NCBI GenBank assembly: GCA_903897805.1
Contig: CAIUCV010000022.1
Span: 1-62,417, forward strand
DNA: 62,417 nt
Direction: 5' to 3'
DNA from: Candidatus Yanofskybacteria bacterium
GTDB lineage: Bacteria > Patescibacteriota > Minisyncoccia > 2-02-FULL-40-12 > IGHO2-01-FULL-4-A
In this document: one piece after another, positions 17,126 to 25,406 of the stretch
How the letters are laid out: each line of letters starts with the position of its first letter
How positions within the stretch are numbered: position 1 is the first letter of the stretch
Position numbers and translations under genes: made by a program
Notes under the pieces: generated by a model
Seen by the model: the letters and a program-made list of their open reading frames with translations, nothing else
What the model was told of the DNA's origin: nothing
Databases searched by the model: none

Positions 17126-18406
17126 TTATTTAGATTTTCGTTTTCTTAAAAAATGCGGGGTTTGACCGCTGACGAAGGCTTTGGGCAGCGATATTTCTTT
17201 TTCTTTGCCGATTTTCAGATTTACCGGCGACATTTGGCGCAGTTTTTTCACTATCGGCGGCAGATATTTGAGCAGATATTTTACCGATTCCCGTGTCGTA
17301 TATTTTCCCAAAGTGAATCTCAAACTGCCATGGGCGTATTCATAGGGCCGTCCCAGAGCTAGTATAACATGCGACGGCTCCAGTGTTTGAGAATCGCATG
17401 CTGAGCCGGTGCTGGCGAAGATACCTTTTTGGTCAAGGTATAACAATGCCGCCTCGCCTTCAATGTCTAGAATTGAAACATTTAGGAAATTAGGCAGCCG
17501 TTTTTGCGGGTGACCGTTAAGAACGACTTTGGGGATAAGTTTAAATATTTCCTGCTCCAATTCGTTTCTTAATTTTTCAACCCGCACGCATTCCCTGTTT
17601 TTATTTTTTTCCGCCAGTGCCAATGCCTCCGCAAAACCTACAATTGAAGGAACATTTTCCGTGCCCGAGCGCATATTATTTTGCTGGCCGCCGCCAAAGA
17701 TTATCGGTTTTATCTTTACCTCCTTTCTGATGTAAAGTCCGCCTATTCCTTTCGGGCCGTAAAGTTTATGAGACGATACAGTCATCAAGTCCACTCCCAA
17801 TTTTTCCACATTAATGTCGCAATATTGGGCCGCCTGACTTGCGTCGACGTGGAAATAGGGGAGAGCGGTATTATTTTGGACGCGAAACTTTTTGATTACT
17901 TTGGCGATTTCTCTAATTGGCTGAATTGTGCCGGTTTCGTTGTCCGCATATATTATGGAGACCAAAATTGTATTTGAGTCCAAGAGTTTAGCAATATCGG
18001 CGGGGTTAACAAGGCCAGTTTTATCAACTTTGAGTTTTATTATTTCAAAACCTTCTTCTGCCAGCGCATTACAAGGGGCCAGAACGGCCTTATGCTCAAT
18101 GGCCGAAACTATTATTTTTTTTCCCATCGCTTTGTTAGCCTTAACCATACCGAAAATTGCGAAATTATCTGCTTCAGTGGCCGAACCGGTGAAAATAAAC
18201 TCTTTGGAGCGGCAGTGGAGAATTGAAGCTATTTTTGCCGACGCTTTCTCAATTGCCTCTTTTGTTTTTCGGCCCGCATCGTGTATACTTCCCGGATTTC
18301 CGAACTTTTGGGAAAAATAGGGCCTCATAGCTCTAAAAACCCTCGGTTCAAGAGGGGTGGTCGCGGCATAGTCAAAATAGTATTTTAAGGTCATTTTCAT
18401 ATACAT
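17126..18406 (-). CDS. nifS: cysteine desulfurase (NifS/IscS class)
   Basis: PLP lysine motif SSHKLYGPKG and active-site SGSAC. The start could be one of three close Met codons. Confidence 0.9.
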   Translation of the reverse strand: MYMKMTLKYYFDYAATTPLEPRVFRAMRPYFSQKFGNPGSIHDAGRKTKEAIEKASAKIASILHCRSKEFIFTGSATEADNFAIFGMVKANKAMGKKIIVSAIEHKAVLAPCNALAEEGFEIIKLKVDKTGLVNPADIAKLLDSNTILVSIIYADNETGTIQPIREIAKVIKKFRVQNNTALPYFHVDASQAAQYCDINVEKLGVDLMTVSSHKLYGPKGIGGLYIRKEVKIKPIIFGGGQQNNMRSGTENVPSIVGFAEALALAEKNKNRECVRVEKLRNELEQEIFKLIPKVVLNGHPQKRLPNFLNVSILDIEGEAALLYLDQKGIFASTGSACDSQTLEPSHVILALGRPYEYAHGSLRFTLGKYTTRESVKYLLKYLPPIVKKLRQMSPVNLKIGKEKEISLPKAFVSGQTPHFLRKRKSK

Positions 18407-18450
18407 ATTCGCAGTTTATACCGTGAATGTAAAGAGCGGTCTTTAAAACT

Positions 18451-18480
18451 TTGACTGGCGCAGGGGAGGACTGGTATAAT
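18451..18480 (+). promoter_or_regulatory. sigma70-like promoter
   Basis: TTGACT, 18-nt spacer, TATAAT, upstream of the gene at 18520. Confidence 0.55.
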
Positions 18481-18519
18481 AAAGAAAAATACGAGGTCTA
18501 TGCCTCGCTCATTTATTAA

Positions 18520-19185
18520 ATGAATATTATCCCAATTTTAGGAGCTGCAGCCCTGATCAGCGGTCTTAACCCCTGCGGTCTTTCTATTCTGCTTTTGACG
18601 ATTGCGTTTCTTTTCAGCATCGGTCGGACGCGAGCCGGTATTTTGAAAGTCGGCGGTTCATTCATTTTAGGGATTTTCATCGTTTATATTTTGATTGGCC
18701 TAGGTCTGTTGCGGACTCTTCAGATTTTCAATATCCCCAATTTTGTAGCGAAAATCGGCGCGTTGATATTAATAATTGTGGGAACTGTTAATCTGACGAA
18801 TATATTTTTACCCGCATTTCCGATAAAACTGAAAATACCCCAGGCTGCTCATCATAAAATAGCGGGGCTGATGGAAAAAAATTCTGTGCCGGCGGCGTCG
18901 CTCCTAGGAGTACTGGTTGGTCTTTTTGAATTCCCTTGTTCCGGTGGGCCTTATTTGTTAGTGTTGGGCCTATTGCACGACGGGACGACATACATACAGG
19001 GCTTCATTTATCTTTTGTTCTATAATATTGTATTTATTTTGCCGCTTATCGTTGTCCTCTTAATAGCCAGCAATGATCTTGTGCTGGAGAAGGTCCGGCA
19101 ATGGAAAAAAGATAATATCCGCCGGATGAAATTGTGGAGCGGCTTGGCTATGATAGCCCTTGGTGTTATTATTTTCTTATTATAG
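18520..19185 (+). CDS. CcdA/DsbD-like thiol-disulfide electron-transfer membrane protein
   Basis: Six TM helices with NPCG and FPCSGGP cysteine motifs. Confidence 0.7.
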   Translation: MNIIPILGAAALISGLNPCGLSILLLTIAFLFSIGRTRAGILKVGGSFILGIFIVYILIGLGLLRTLQIFNIPNFVAKIGALILIIVGTVNLTNIFLPAFPIKLKIPQAAHHKIAGLMEKNSVPAASLLGVLVGLFEFPCSGGPYLLVLGLLHDGTTYIQGFIYLLFYNIVFILPLIVVLLIASNDLVLEKVRQWKKDNIRRMKLWSGLAMIALGVIIFLL

Positions 19186-19203
19186 TATTAATTTGTATAA
19201 ACA

Positions 19204-19731
19204 ATGGAAGAATCGGAAAAGTTCCAAAAACTCGTAGAAAAAATTCAGGAAGCCAAAAAGGGCGGAAAACTTGATTTGTCTTCGGAAGAGGACCTTAGCA
19301 TTGCCATTATGAACCTCGTCAGCTTGGAAGAGCACTTTTTCTTTACGGCTGAAAAAACAGAAAAACGCGAGTACCTTAATTTACTGAATGAAACGAGAGC
19401 CATCCGCAAGTCATTATTGGCGCGGATGATTGACAGCCATGAGGGCGAGACCTGGTGCATCTCTAAACATCTTCTGGCGGCCACGATGCGTATGATAGAG
19501 GTGGGTACAAAATATCTGTCGGATAAAAAACAGAAAGAAGCCGAGGAGATTTTTGACCAGGCGTATAAAATATATTCGCTTTTTTGGGGATTGCGTCTGA
19601 AACTGATGGATGTTTCTGATTTGAAGAAAATACCGGACGGGAAATTAAACATTCACGACAAGAACGAAACGAACCAGCCGTGGAAATTAGGAGATATAGT
19701 AAAAAAATTAGTGGATTGCTGCGATGAATAG
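19204..19731 (+). CDS. hypothetical cytoplasmic protein
   Basis: Intact 175-aa ORF overlapping the next gene by 8 nt. No motif recognised. Confidence 0.5.
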   Translation: MEESEKFQKLVEKIQEAKKGGKLDLSSEEDLSIAIMNLVSLEEHFFFTAEKTEKREYLNLLNETRAIRKSLLARMIDSHEGETWCISKHLLAATMRMIEVGTKYLSDKKQKEAEEIFDQAYKIYSLFWGLRLKLMDVSDLKKIPDGKLNIHDKNETNQPWKLGDIVKKLVDCCDE

Positions 19732-20095
19732 AAGCTTTCTTTTAAAATCAGGGATCATAATAGTAGCTGTTTTATTAATTGTGGGGACTTGGCTGATTTT
19801 GCGTAATTACAAACAGCCCGTTGCCAATCTGGACGAATTTGCCCAATGTTTGGCCCAGAAAGGCGCGACGATGTACGGTGCTTATTGGTGCCCCCATTGT
19901 CAGAATGAAAAACAGGCCTTCGGCGACTCTTTCCGTTTTGTTCCCTACGTTGAGTGCTCCACCGAATCCAAGAAGTGTCTTGATGCTGGCGTAAACGGAT
20001 TCCCCACCTGGATATTCACTGATGGCAGGAAATTTGAGGGTGAGCAGGGGATAGAGAAATTGTCGCAGGAAAGCGGCTGCCCGCTTAATCTTTAA
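19724..20095 (+). CDS. membrane-anchored thioredoxin-fold protein
   Basis: N-terminal TM helix and WCPHC redox motif. Resembles Trx-like partners of VKOR/CcdA. Confidence 0.75.
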   Translation: MNRSFLLKSGIIIVAVLLIVGTWLILRNYKQPVANLDEFAQCLAQKGATMYGAYWCPHCQNEKQAFGDSFRFVPYVECSTESKKCLDAGVNGFPTWIFTDGRKFEGEQGIEKLSQESGCPLNL

Positions 20096-20118
20096 AGTCA
20101 GGCCTGATAGCCAATAAT

Positions 20119-20150
20119 AAAAATGCCTCCGCCTAGGCGGAGGCATTTTT
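20119..20150. terminator. bidirectional terminator
   Basis: Perfect 32-nt palindrome AAAAATGCCTCCGCCT/AGGCGGAGGCATTTTT between convergent genes. Confidence 0.75.
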
Positions 20151-20153
20151 ATT

Positions 20154-20693
20154 TTAATATTTCCAGAAAACCCTTATTAGGTCCTCTTCGTGGCTATGTT
20201 TGATTTCCAGTGTGCCGCCCTTGAAAGCGGATTCAAGTTTTTTCCCGATTCTCACGGCAAGCTGGTTTTCCGAAGTGAGAACCCGGATTTTGCCACTCTC
20301 GTTTTCCATCCACAGAACTCTGTCTAGCGGGTCGTGCGCTCGCGCCTGTTCGTCGGAATTTTTAACTACGTTTATAATTTCATTTTTTTCTGCCAACTTT
20401 TCTTTTGATAGCGAAATTACCAGCTCTCCTTCAAAGGTCCGGTCTTTTGCCATCTGGCAGGCCGGGCAGATTTTGAATCGGATATTTTTCCTATCAGTCA
20501 AATGCTTTGCGTCTTCTTCCAAGCTGTGATGCCACGCCTTGTCAAAAAACACGCAATTGCAGTTGGGGCAGATTATAAATTTCTTCTTGGCCAAACCAAA
20601 TTCTTGCTCGTCTTTTTTGGAGCGTTGGCGGCGGGGAGCGTTTGTCCCCATCCTAACCGCTTTTGATTTTGAGACATTTTGATATCTTGGCAT
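20154..20693 (-). CDS. zinc-ribbon protein, Nmd3-N-terminal-like, function unknown
   Basis: Basic N-terminus plus CPNC...CPAC cysteine pairs. Family assignment is tentative. Confidence 0.45.
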   Translation of the reverse strand: MPRYQNVSKSKAVRMGTNAPRRQRSKKDEQEFGLAKKKFIICPNCNCVFFDKAWHHSLEEDAKHLTDRKNIRFKICPACQMAKDRTFEGELVISLSKEKLAEKNEIINVVKNSDEQARAHDPLDRVLWMENESGKIRVLTSENQLAVRIGKKLESAFKGGTLEIKHSHEEDLIRVFWKY

Positions 20694-20707
20694 ATTTTAA
20701 TTTTAAC

Positions 20708-21886
20708 CTATATACCTAAATTTTTGAAATTTTTCTTCATTGCGGAAAATTTTTGTTCTATTATAGCTTCTCTTATCTTAGCCATTAATTTCAAGTAAAA
20801 CCGCAGATTGTGTTCGGTTAGGAGGCGTATTGCCAAAATTTCCCCCGATTTAAAGAGATGATGAATATAAGCCCTTGAATGATTTTGGCAGGCGAAGCAG
20901 TCACAATTTTTATACAATGGTCTTAAGTCTTCTTTGAATTTTGATTTGGCAATGTCCATTGTTTTGTAACCGTTTTTTTCTGAAATGTAGACCTTGCCGT
21001 GGCGGGCTTCGCGGGTAGGGATGACGCAATCAAAACTGTCGCAACCGCGGGCAACGGCCTGAACTATGTTTTCCGGTGTGCCTACGCCAAGTAAATGCCG
21101 GAATTTATTTTCTTCCAAAAAGGGAACGCAAGTGTCAACCGCTTTGTACATTTCTTCAGCCGATTCGCCGACAGCAACCCCGCCGATGGCATAACCATCA
21201 AAGCCGAGAGCTGATATTTCTTCTGCCGACTTTTTTCTCAAATCGGGAAATGACGCGCCCTGGATTATCCCAAAGAGCATTTGCCCGGGATTTATTTGTT
21301 TTCTTTTTTTGAGCCGCGAAAATTCTTCTTTTACTCTTTTTGCCCAGCGGGTTGTGCGTTCCACCGCCTTTTTTGTTTTTTCGTATTCAAAAGGATAGCC
21401 GGGGAATTCGTCCAAAACTAAAACAACGTCGCTGCCGAGGTTGCTTTGTATTTGAACGGACAATTCCGGCGTCAGTTCTTTTTTCTCGCCGCTTGAGCCG
21501 GATTGAAAAGAAACGCCGGATTCTTTTACTTTAACGTTAAAAGAATTTCGTTCGTCAGAATCGGCTCTTTTTTGGGCCTTCTTGCTCAGTGAAAATATCT
21601 GAAAACCGCCGCTATCGGTAAAAATCGGTCCATCCCAGCTCATAAAGCGATGCAAGCCGCCGGCTTTTTTAATTAACTCATCGCCCGGCTGTAGCCAGAG
21701 ATGATAAGTGTTGGCCAGCACCATCTGAACACCCCAATTTTTAAGTTCGTCATTCCTTGCCGACTTAACCGTTCCTTTTGTGCCGACCGGCAAAAAAACC
21801 GGAGTCATTACGTCTCCGTGAGCGGTATGCAATATACCAGCCCGCGCCCGGCTGGATTTATCTTTTTTAGTTATTTCAAATGCCAT
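20708..21886 (-). CDS. tgt: tRNA-guanine transglycosylase
   Basis: PVFLPVGT, LANTYHL, DSGGFQ and zinc site CDCFACQNHSRAYIHH. Confidence 0.93.
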   Translation of the reverse strand: MAFEITKKDKSSRARAGILHTAHGDVMTPVFLPVGTKGTVKSARNDELKNWGVQMVLANTYHLWLQPGDELIKKAGGLHRFMSWDGPIFTDSGGFQIFSLSKKAQKRADSDERNSFNVKVKESGVSFQSGSSGEKKELTPELSVQIQSNLGSDVVLVLDEFPGYPFEYEKTKKAVERTTRWAKRVKEEFSRLKKRKQINPGQMLFGIIQGASFPDLRKKSAEEISALGFDGYAIGGVAVGESAEEMYKAVDTCVPFLEENKFRHLLGVGTPENIVQAVARGCDSFDCVIPTREARHGKVYISEKNGYKTMDIAKSKFKEDLRPLYKNCDCFACQNHSRAYIHHLFKSGEILAIRLLTEHNLRFYLKLMAKIREAIIEQKFSAMKKNFKNLGI

Positions 21887-22027
21887 CCCCGTTCAATATA
21901 TCAATAATATTGATAAATTTAAAGTAACATGTTAAAGTAAATATTACTAAAAAACTTTGCGAGAGGCGGGTTTGGGTCCTTCGAGAAGTCCTCAGGACAC
22001 AAAGTCGAGGGTAGCAAAGCGCAACTT

Positions 22028-22738
22028 ATGACAAAAATAACATTGCAGGCGGAGACGCGGAATATCACCGGCAGAAAGGTTAAATCGTTGAGGCGGGAAG
22101 GTTTTGTGCCGGCCGTAATTTACGGCCACAATTTTGAGTCGCTGCCAATACAGGTACCGGTCAAGGATTTTGAAAAAGTATATGCGGAAGCGGGGGAGTC
22201 GTCTGTTGTTTATCTGAATCTGGGGGAAAATAATTATCCCACTATCATTCAGGACGTTGCCCGCGACCCGGTGAGCGACAAGTTTCTGCACGCCGATTTT
22301 TACAAAGTCCGCTTGGATGAAAAAATCAAAGCCAAGATACCGCTTAATTTCATAGGCGAATCATTGGCCGTGAAAGAGCTAGCGGGCATTTTGGTGAAGA
22401 ATGTTTCTGAAATTGAAGTTGAGGGGTTCCCGCAGGACTTGCCCCACCAGCTTGATGTTGATATTTCTTCGCTGAAAGAATTTAAGGACCACATTTTAGT
22501 CAAAGACCTTTCCATTTCCAACAAGCTGGAAATGAAAGCCGATTCCGAGACGATAATCGTATTGGTGCAAGAGCCGATTTCCGAAGAGGAATTGAAGGCT
22601 CAGCTTGAAACGCCGACTGTCGCGCCGGAAGAAGTTGAGGTAGTTAAGAAAGAAAAAGCCGAGGAGGAAGTCTCGGCCGTAGAGGAAACGACACCGGCTG
22701 CGAAGACGGAGGAGAAGAAGGTAGAAGAGAAAAAATAA
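22028..22738 (+). CDS. rplY: ribosomal protein L25/Ctc
   Basis: RKVKSLRREGFVPAVIYG N-terminus, Ctc-type second domain and an acidic tail. Confidence 0.9.
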   Translation: MTKITLQAETRNITGRKVKSLRREGFVPAVIYGHNFESLPIQVPVKDFEKVYAEAGESSVVYLNLGENNYPTIIQDVARDPVSDKFLHADFYKVRLDEKIKAKIPLNFIGESLAVKELAGILVKNVSEIEVEGFPQDLPHQLDVDISSLKEFKDHILVKDLSISNKLEMKADSETIIVLVQEPISEEELKAQLETPTVAPEEVEVVKKEKAEEEVSAVEETTPAAKTEEKKVEEKK

Positions 22739-22740
22739 CC

Positions 22741-22940
22741 GCGACCCCTCCCCAATTTCCCCTCCGATGTTCTCGCAGACAAATAATATTTCGATTTTCT
22801 TATTTCCCTAGATAAAAAATCGTACCCCTTCCGTCCCGCCAAGGCGGGACTACGTCCCAATTTATTTATCACGGGAAATATCAAAAATCTCAATATATTT
22901 GTTACTGCTCGCCCATATAGGGGAAATCGGGAGGGGTCGC
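22741..22940. repeat. 200-nt imperfect palindrome (long hairpin)
   Basis: GCGACCCCTCCCCAATTTCCCCT (22741-22763) pairs with AGGGGAAATCGGGAGGGGTCGC (22919-22940). Inner arms are also complementary. Apex is GTCCCGCC-aa-GGCGGGAC. Confidence 0.7.
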
Positions 22941-22976
22941 TTATACCCCGATGCGAGGTCGTGCAAATCTGAAATG

Positions 22977-23155
22977 GTGGACCCGGGGAGAATCGGCTTC
23001 GCCTCTCGTCGTCTTCCGACGACTCGGGCTAGCCACCGCCTCACTGCCTCACTCGCCGATTGCTCGCTCGGCATCGTTCCGGCGTTCTCATCTCCCACGC
23101 AAGACAATCAATTGTCTTGCTCGTTCCACAAAATTAAAAACTGTTTTTAATTTTG
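22977..23155 (-). other. tRNA-linked structured element ending in a duplicate of the tRNA-Ala(CGC) 3' end
   Basis: The 19 nt GTGGACCCGGGGAGAATCG occur at 22977-22995 and at 23155-23173 (inside the tRNA). Hairpins lie at 23126-23158, 23099-23120 and 23008-23023 (GGAA loop). Confidence 0.6.
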
Positions 23156-23226
23156 TGGACCCGGGGAGAATCGAACTCCCGACCCGGCAATGCGAATGCC
23201 GTATAATGCCACTTTACGACGGGCCC
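23156..23226 (-). tRNA. tRNA-Ala (anticodon CGC)
   Basis: Hand-folded cloverleaf: acceptor GGGCCCG/CGGGTCC with G3:U70, anticodon loop TTCGCAT, T-loop TTCGATT. No encoded CCA. Confidence 0.88.
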
Positions 23227-23726
23227 TAATTCTTAATATTTATCTTGGTATCCGGATGGCAAGTTTTCAGAACCTCTAGCAAGTCCGGCAACGACAAAGC
23301 AATGCAACCGGCCGTTGGCGAATAACTGGCTCGGGCAACATGCATAAAAATAGTGCTTCCCTTGCCAGCAACCGGCGGATTGTCATTATAGCCGAGCACA
23401 ACTATAACGTCGTATAAATCATCGTCTCGCCAAAGATTCTCATGACTAGCCACATATGGGAGTTTTACAAATTGGTTGTATTTCGGATCATTAACGTCGT
23501 CGCACCAGCCGTCATTCGATCCAAGGGCAACTGTTTCAAAAGGCGACTCGGGCTTTTCAATTTTGTCTGCACGATAAAATATCATCCGAATCGGGAAAAT
23601 CCCGGCTGGCGTGGCGCCATCGCCTTCTCTCTTTTGTTCAGCCGAAACCACGCCACCCTTTCCGATTGCACATTTATATTCCTTACCGCCAAATTTCAAA
23701 AAACCATTTTCGTATTTAATATCCAT
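23226..23726 (-). CDS. L,D-transpeptidase (YkuD) family protein
   Basis: Catalytic motif HVARASYSPTAGCIAL. Start taken at the ATG at 23726 because the longer ORF would run through tRNA-Pro. Confidence 0.8.
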   Translation of the reverse strand: MDIKYENGFLKFGGKEYKCAIGKGGVVSAEQKREGDGATPAGIFPIRMIFYRADKIEKPESPFETVALGSNDGWCDDVNDPKYNQFVKLPYVASHENLWRDDDLYDVIVVLGYNDNPPVAGKGSTIFMHVARASYSPTAGCIALSLPDLLEVLKTCHPDTKINIKN

Positions 23727-23745
23727 TAGTTTGTCGATTTCGTTG

Positions 23746-23816
23746 TCGGGCCGCCGGGAATCGAACCCGGTCTTCACGCACCCGAAGCGTACGTACTACC
23801 GGTATACTACGGCCCG
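23746..23816 (-). tRNA. tRNA-Pro (anticodon CGG)
   Basis: Acceptor CGGGCCG/CGGCCCG (C1:G72), anticodon loop TTCGGGT with G37, T-arm CCGGG-TTCGATT-CCCGG. Confidence 0.9.
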
Positions 23817-23819
23817 ATT

Positions 23820-25268
23820 TTACTCCACTAAGTATTGCTCCTTTATTTTTTGAACTTCTTTTTCTTCCTCCTCGGCAATTTTCAATTTGCCCCGTTTCCC
23901 TAATTCGGCCAACTCGCTTTCCGATAACCCGCTTAATTCCAAAACTCTTTTCTCCAAATACCCCTGCGTATTCTTACCCGGGTCATCAAGAACTTCATCC
24001 ATCAACGCTCCGATTATCATTCCAACTTTCAGCCCTGGTTTTATACCAATCAGCTTCATAACATCATTACCGTCTACTTTCAGCATCTTCGGCGATATCG
24101 GGTCGCGTGAAACCTTGTCAATCATAAACTGCAAGTGCCTCAATTTATAAGGTTTGGCTTTAGCCACGTCCGAGCCGATGCGGTCGGCTTCTCTCAATTT
24201 AATCAGGTCTTCAACGTTTTCCCTTCCGATATTTGCCACCAATCTCCTGACCGATGATTCGGTCACCTCGCCGACATTATAGTAAAACATATGCCATCGC
24301 ACCAGTTTTATGATTTTTTCCGCCTGAGCTTTCGGGAATTTCAAACGGTCAAGCGCTTGGGCCGTCATCTTGGCGCTTATTATCTGATGGCCGTAAAAGG
24401 TCGCGTCCGGTCCCTCCCCTCTTTTTGAACGCGGCTTACCGACATCGTGAAGCAAAGAGGCGAGCCGCACTTCGGCCGAGCAATTCTCGTCAACGGCATA
24501 CTTTAGTGCCTTGAGGTCATGCTCCCATACGTCATATTTATGATGCTTGTTCTGCGTAACTCCCGCCCCCTCCAACAGTTCAGGCAAAACATATTTTAAC
24601 AATTCTGTTTCGCGAAGCAGTTCTATCCCTTGATCGGCACTGGCCGAATTTATAATTTTCAAAAATTCGTCCCGCACGCGTTCTTTTGATATCGCCTGCA
24701 AAAAGCCGTGATTCTTCTTAATCGCCTCTAGCGTTTTGGCCTCTATCTCAAATCCCAGCGTCGTCGCGAATCTCACCGCTCGCATCATCCGCAAAGCATC
24801 TTCGTAAAAACGCTCTTCCGGTTTCCCAACTGCTCTTACTATTTTGTTTTCAATGTCGCTTCTCCCGCCGAACAAATCAACTATTTCGCCATCAGCGCTC
24901 ATTGCCAGCGCGTTAATCGTGAAATCCCGCCTTTTCAAATCGTCTTCCGGCTTCTCGGCGAATTTTACTTCGTCGGGGTGCCTTTTGTCGGTATATTTGG
25001 ACTCAATCCTGTAAGTGGTCGCTTCAATCACTTTTAATGTTCCGTCCTCCGAATCCGTCTTAATGCCGACGGTTCCGAACTCGTTTTCATAAAAACTGTC
25101 AGGAAAAATTTTCTGTATCTCCTCCGGCTTGGCGTTGGTCGTTACATCCCAATCCTGCGGCGATTTATCCATAATAAAATCCCGCACGCATCCGCCGACA
25201 ACATAGGCCTCGTATCCGGCCTTTTCCAATTTTTCTATGATTTGTATTACCTCTTTCGGTAGTTTCAT
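23820..25268 (-). CDS. cca: CCA-adding tRNA nucleotidyltransferase with HD domain
   Basis: GGCVRD polymerase-beta head motif, RRDFTINA, and HD motif LLHDVGK. Confidence 0.9.
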   Translation of the reverse strand: MKLPKEVIQIIEKLEKAGYEAYVVGGCVRDFIMDKSPQDWDVTTNAKPEEIQKIFPDSFYENEFGTVGIKTDSEDGTLKVIEATTYRIESKYTDKRHPDEVKFAEKPEDDLKRRDFTINALAMSADGEIVDLFGGRSDIENKIVRAVGKPEERFYEDALRMMRAVRFATTLGFEIEAKTLEAIKKNHGFLQAISKERVRDEFLKIINSASADQGIELLRETELLKYVLPELLEGAGVTQNKHHKYDVWEHDLKALKYAVDENCSAEVRLASLLHDVGKPRSKRGEGPDATFYGHQIISAKMTAQALDRLKFPKAQAEKIIKLVRWHMFYYNVGEVTESSVRRLVANIGRENVEDLIKLREADRIGSDVAKAKPYKLRHLQFMIDKVSRDPISPKMLKVDGNDVMKLIGIKPGLKVGMIIGALMDEVLDDPGKNTQGYLEKRVLELSGLSESELAELGKRGKLKIAEEEEKEVQKIKEQYLVE

Positions 25269-25276
25269 TCTTTCTG

Positions 25277-25348
25277 TGCCCCCGCCAGGAATCGGACCTG
25301 GATTTACGCGTTAGGAGTGCGCCGTTCTATCCGTTGAACTACGAGGGC
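25277..25348 (-). tRNA. tRNA-Arg (anticodon CCU)
   Basis: Acceptor GCCCTCG/CGGGGGC, D-arm GTTC/GAAC, loop CTCCTAA. One A31-C39 mismatch in the anticodon stem. Confidence 0.8.
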
Positions 25349-25406
25349 TTATTTATACTTAACATTGTTATATTATCACTTTTATGGTATTTTTCAACTG
25401 TTTTCT

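Noticed and set aside
22974-23226. The idea that the Ala-like 3' fragment ending in CCA marks a tmRNA (ssrA) gene.
   Set aside because: The 5' partner of that acceptor is already used by a complete 71-nt tRNA-Ala with a normal anticodon arm. There is no resume codon or tag reading frame and no T-arm 5' strand before the fragment.
22862-23229. ORF-track entries over the tRNA-Ala region (22862-23107 minus, 22899-23150 plus, 22951-23229 plus). Similar entries occur at 35866-36245 and 56848-57030.
   Set aside because: They run through tRNA genes or their hairpin-rich spacers and give antisense-tRNA peptides such as GRIELPTR and REGSNLQS. They are not credible coding regions.
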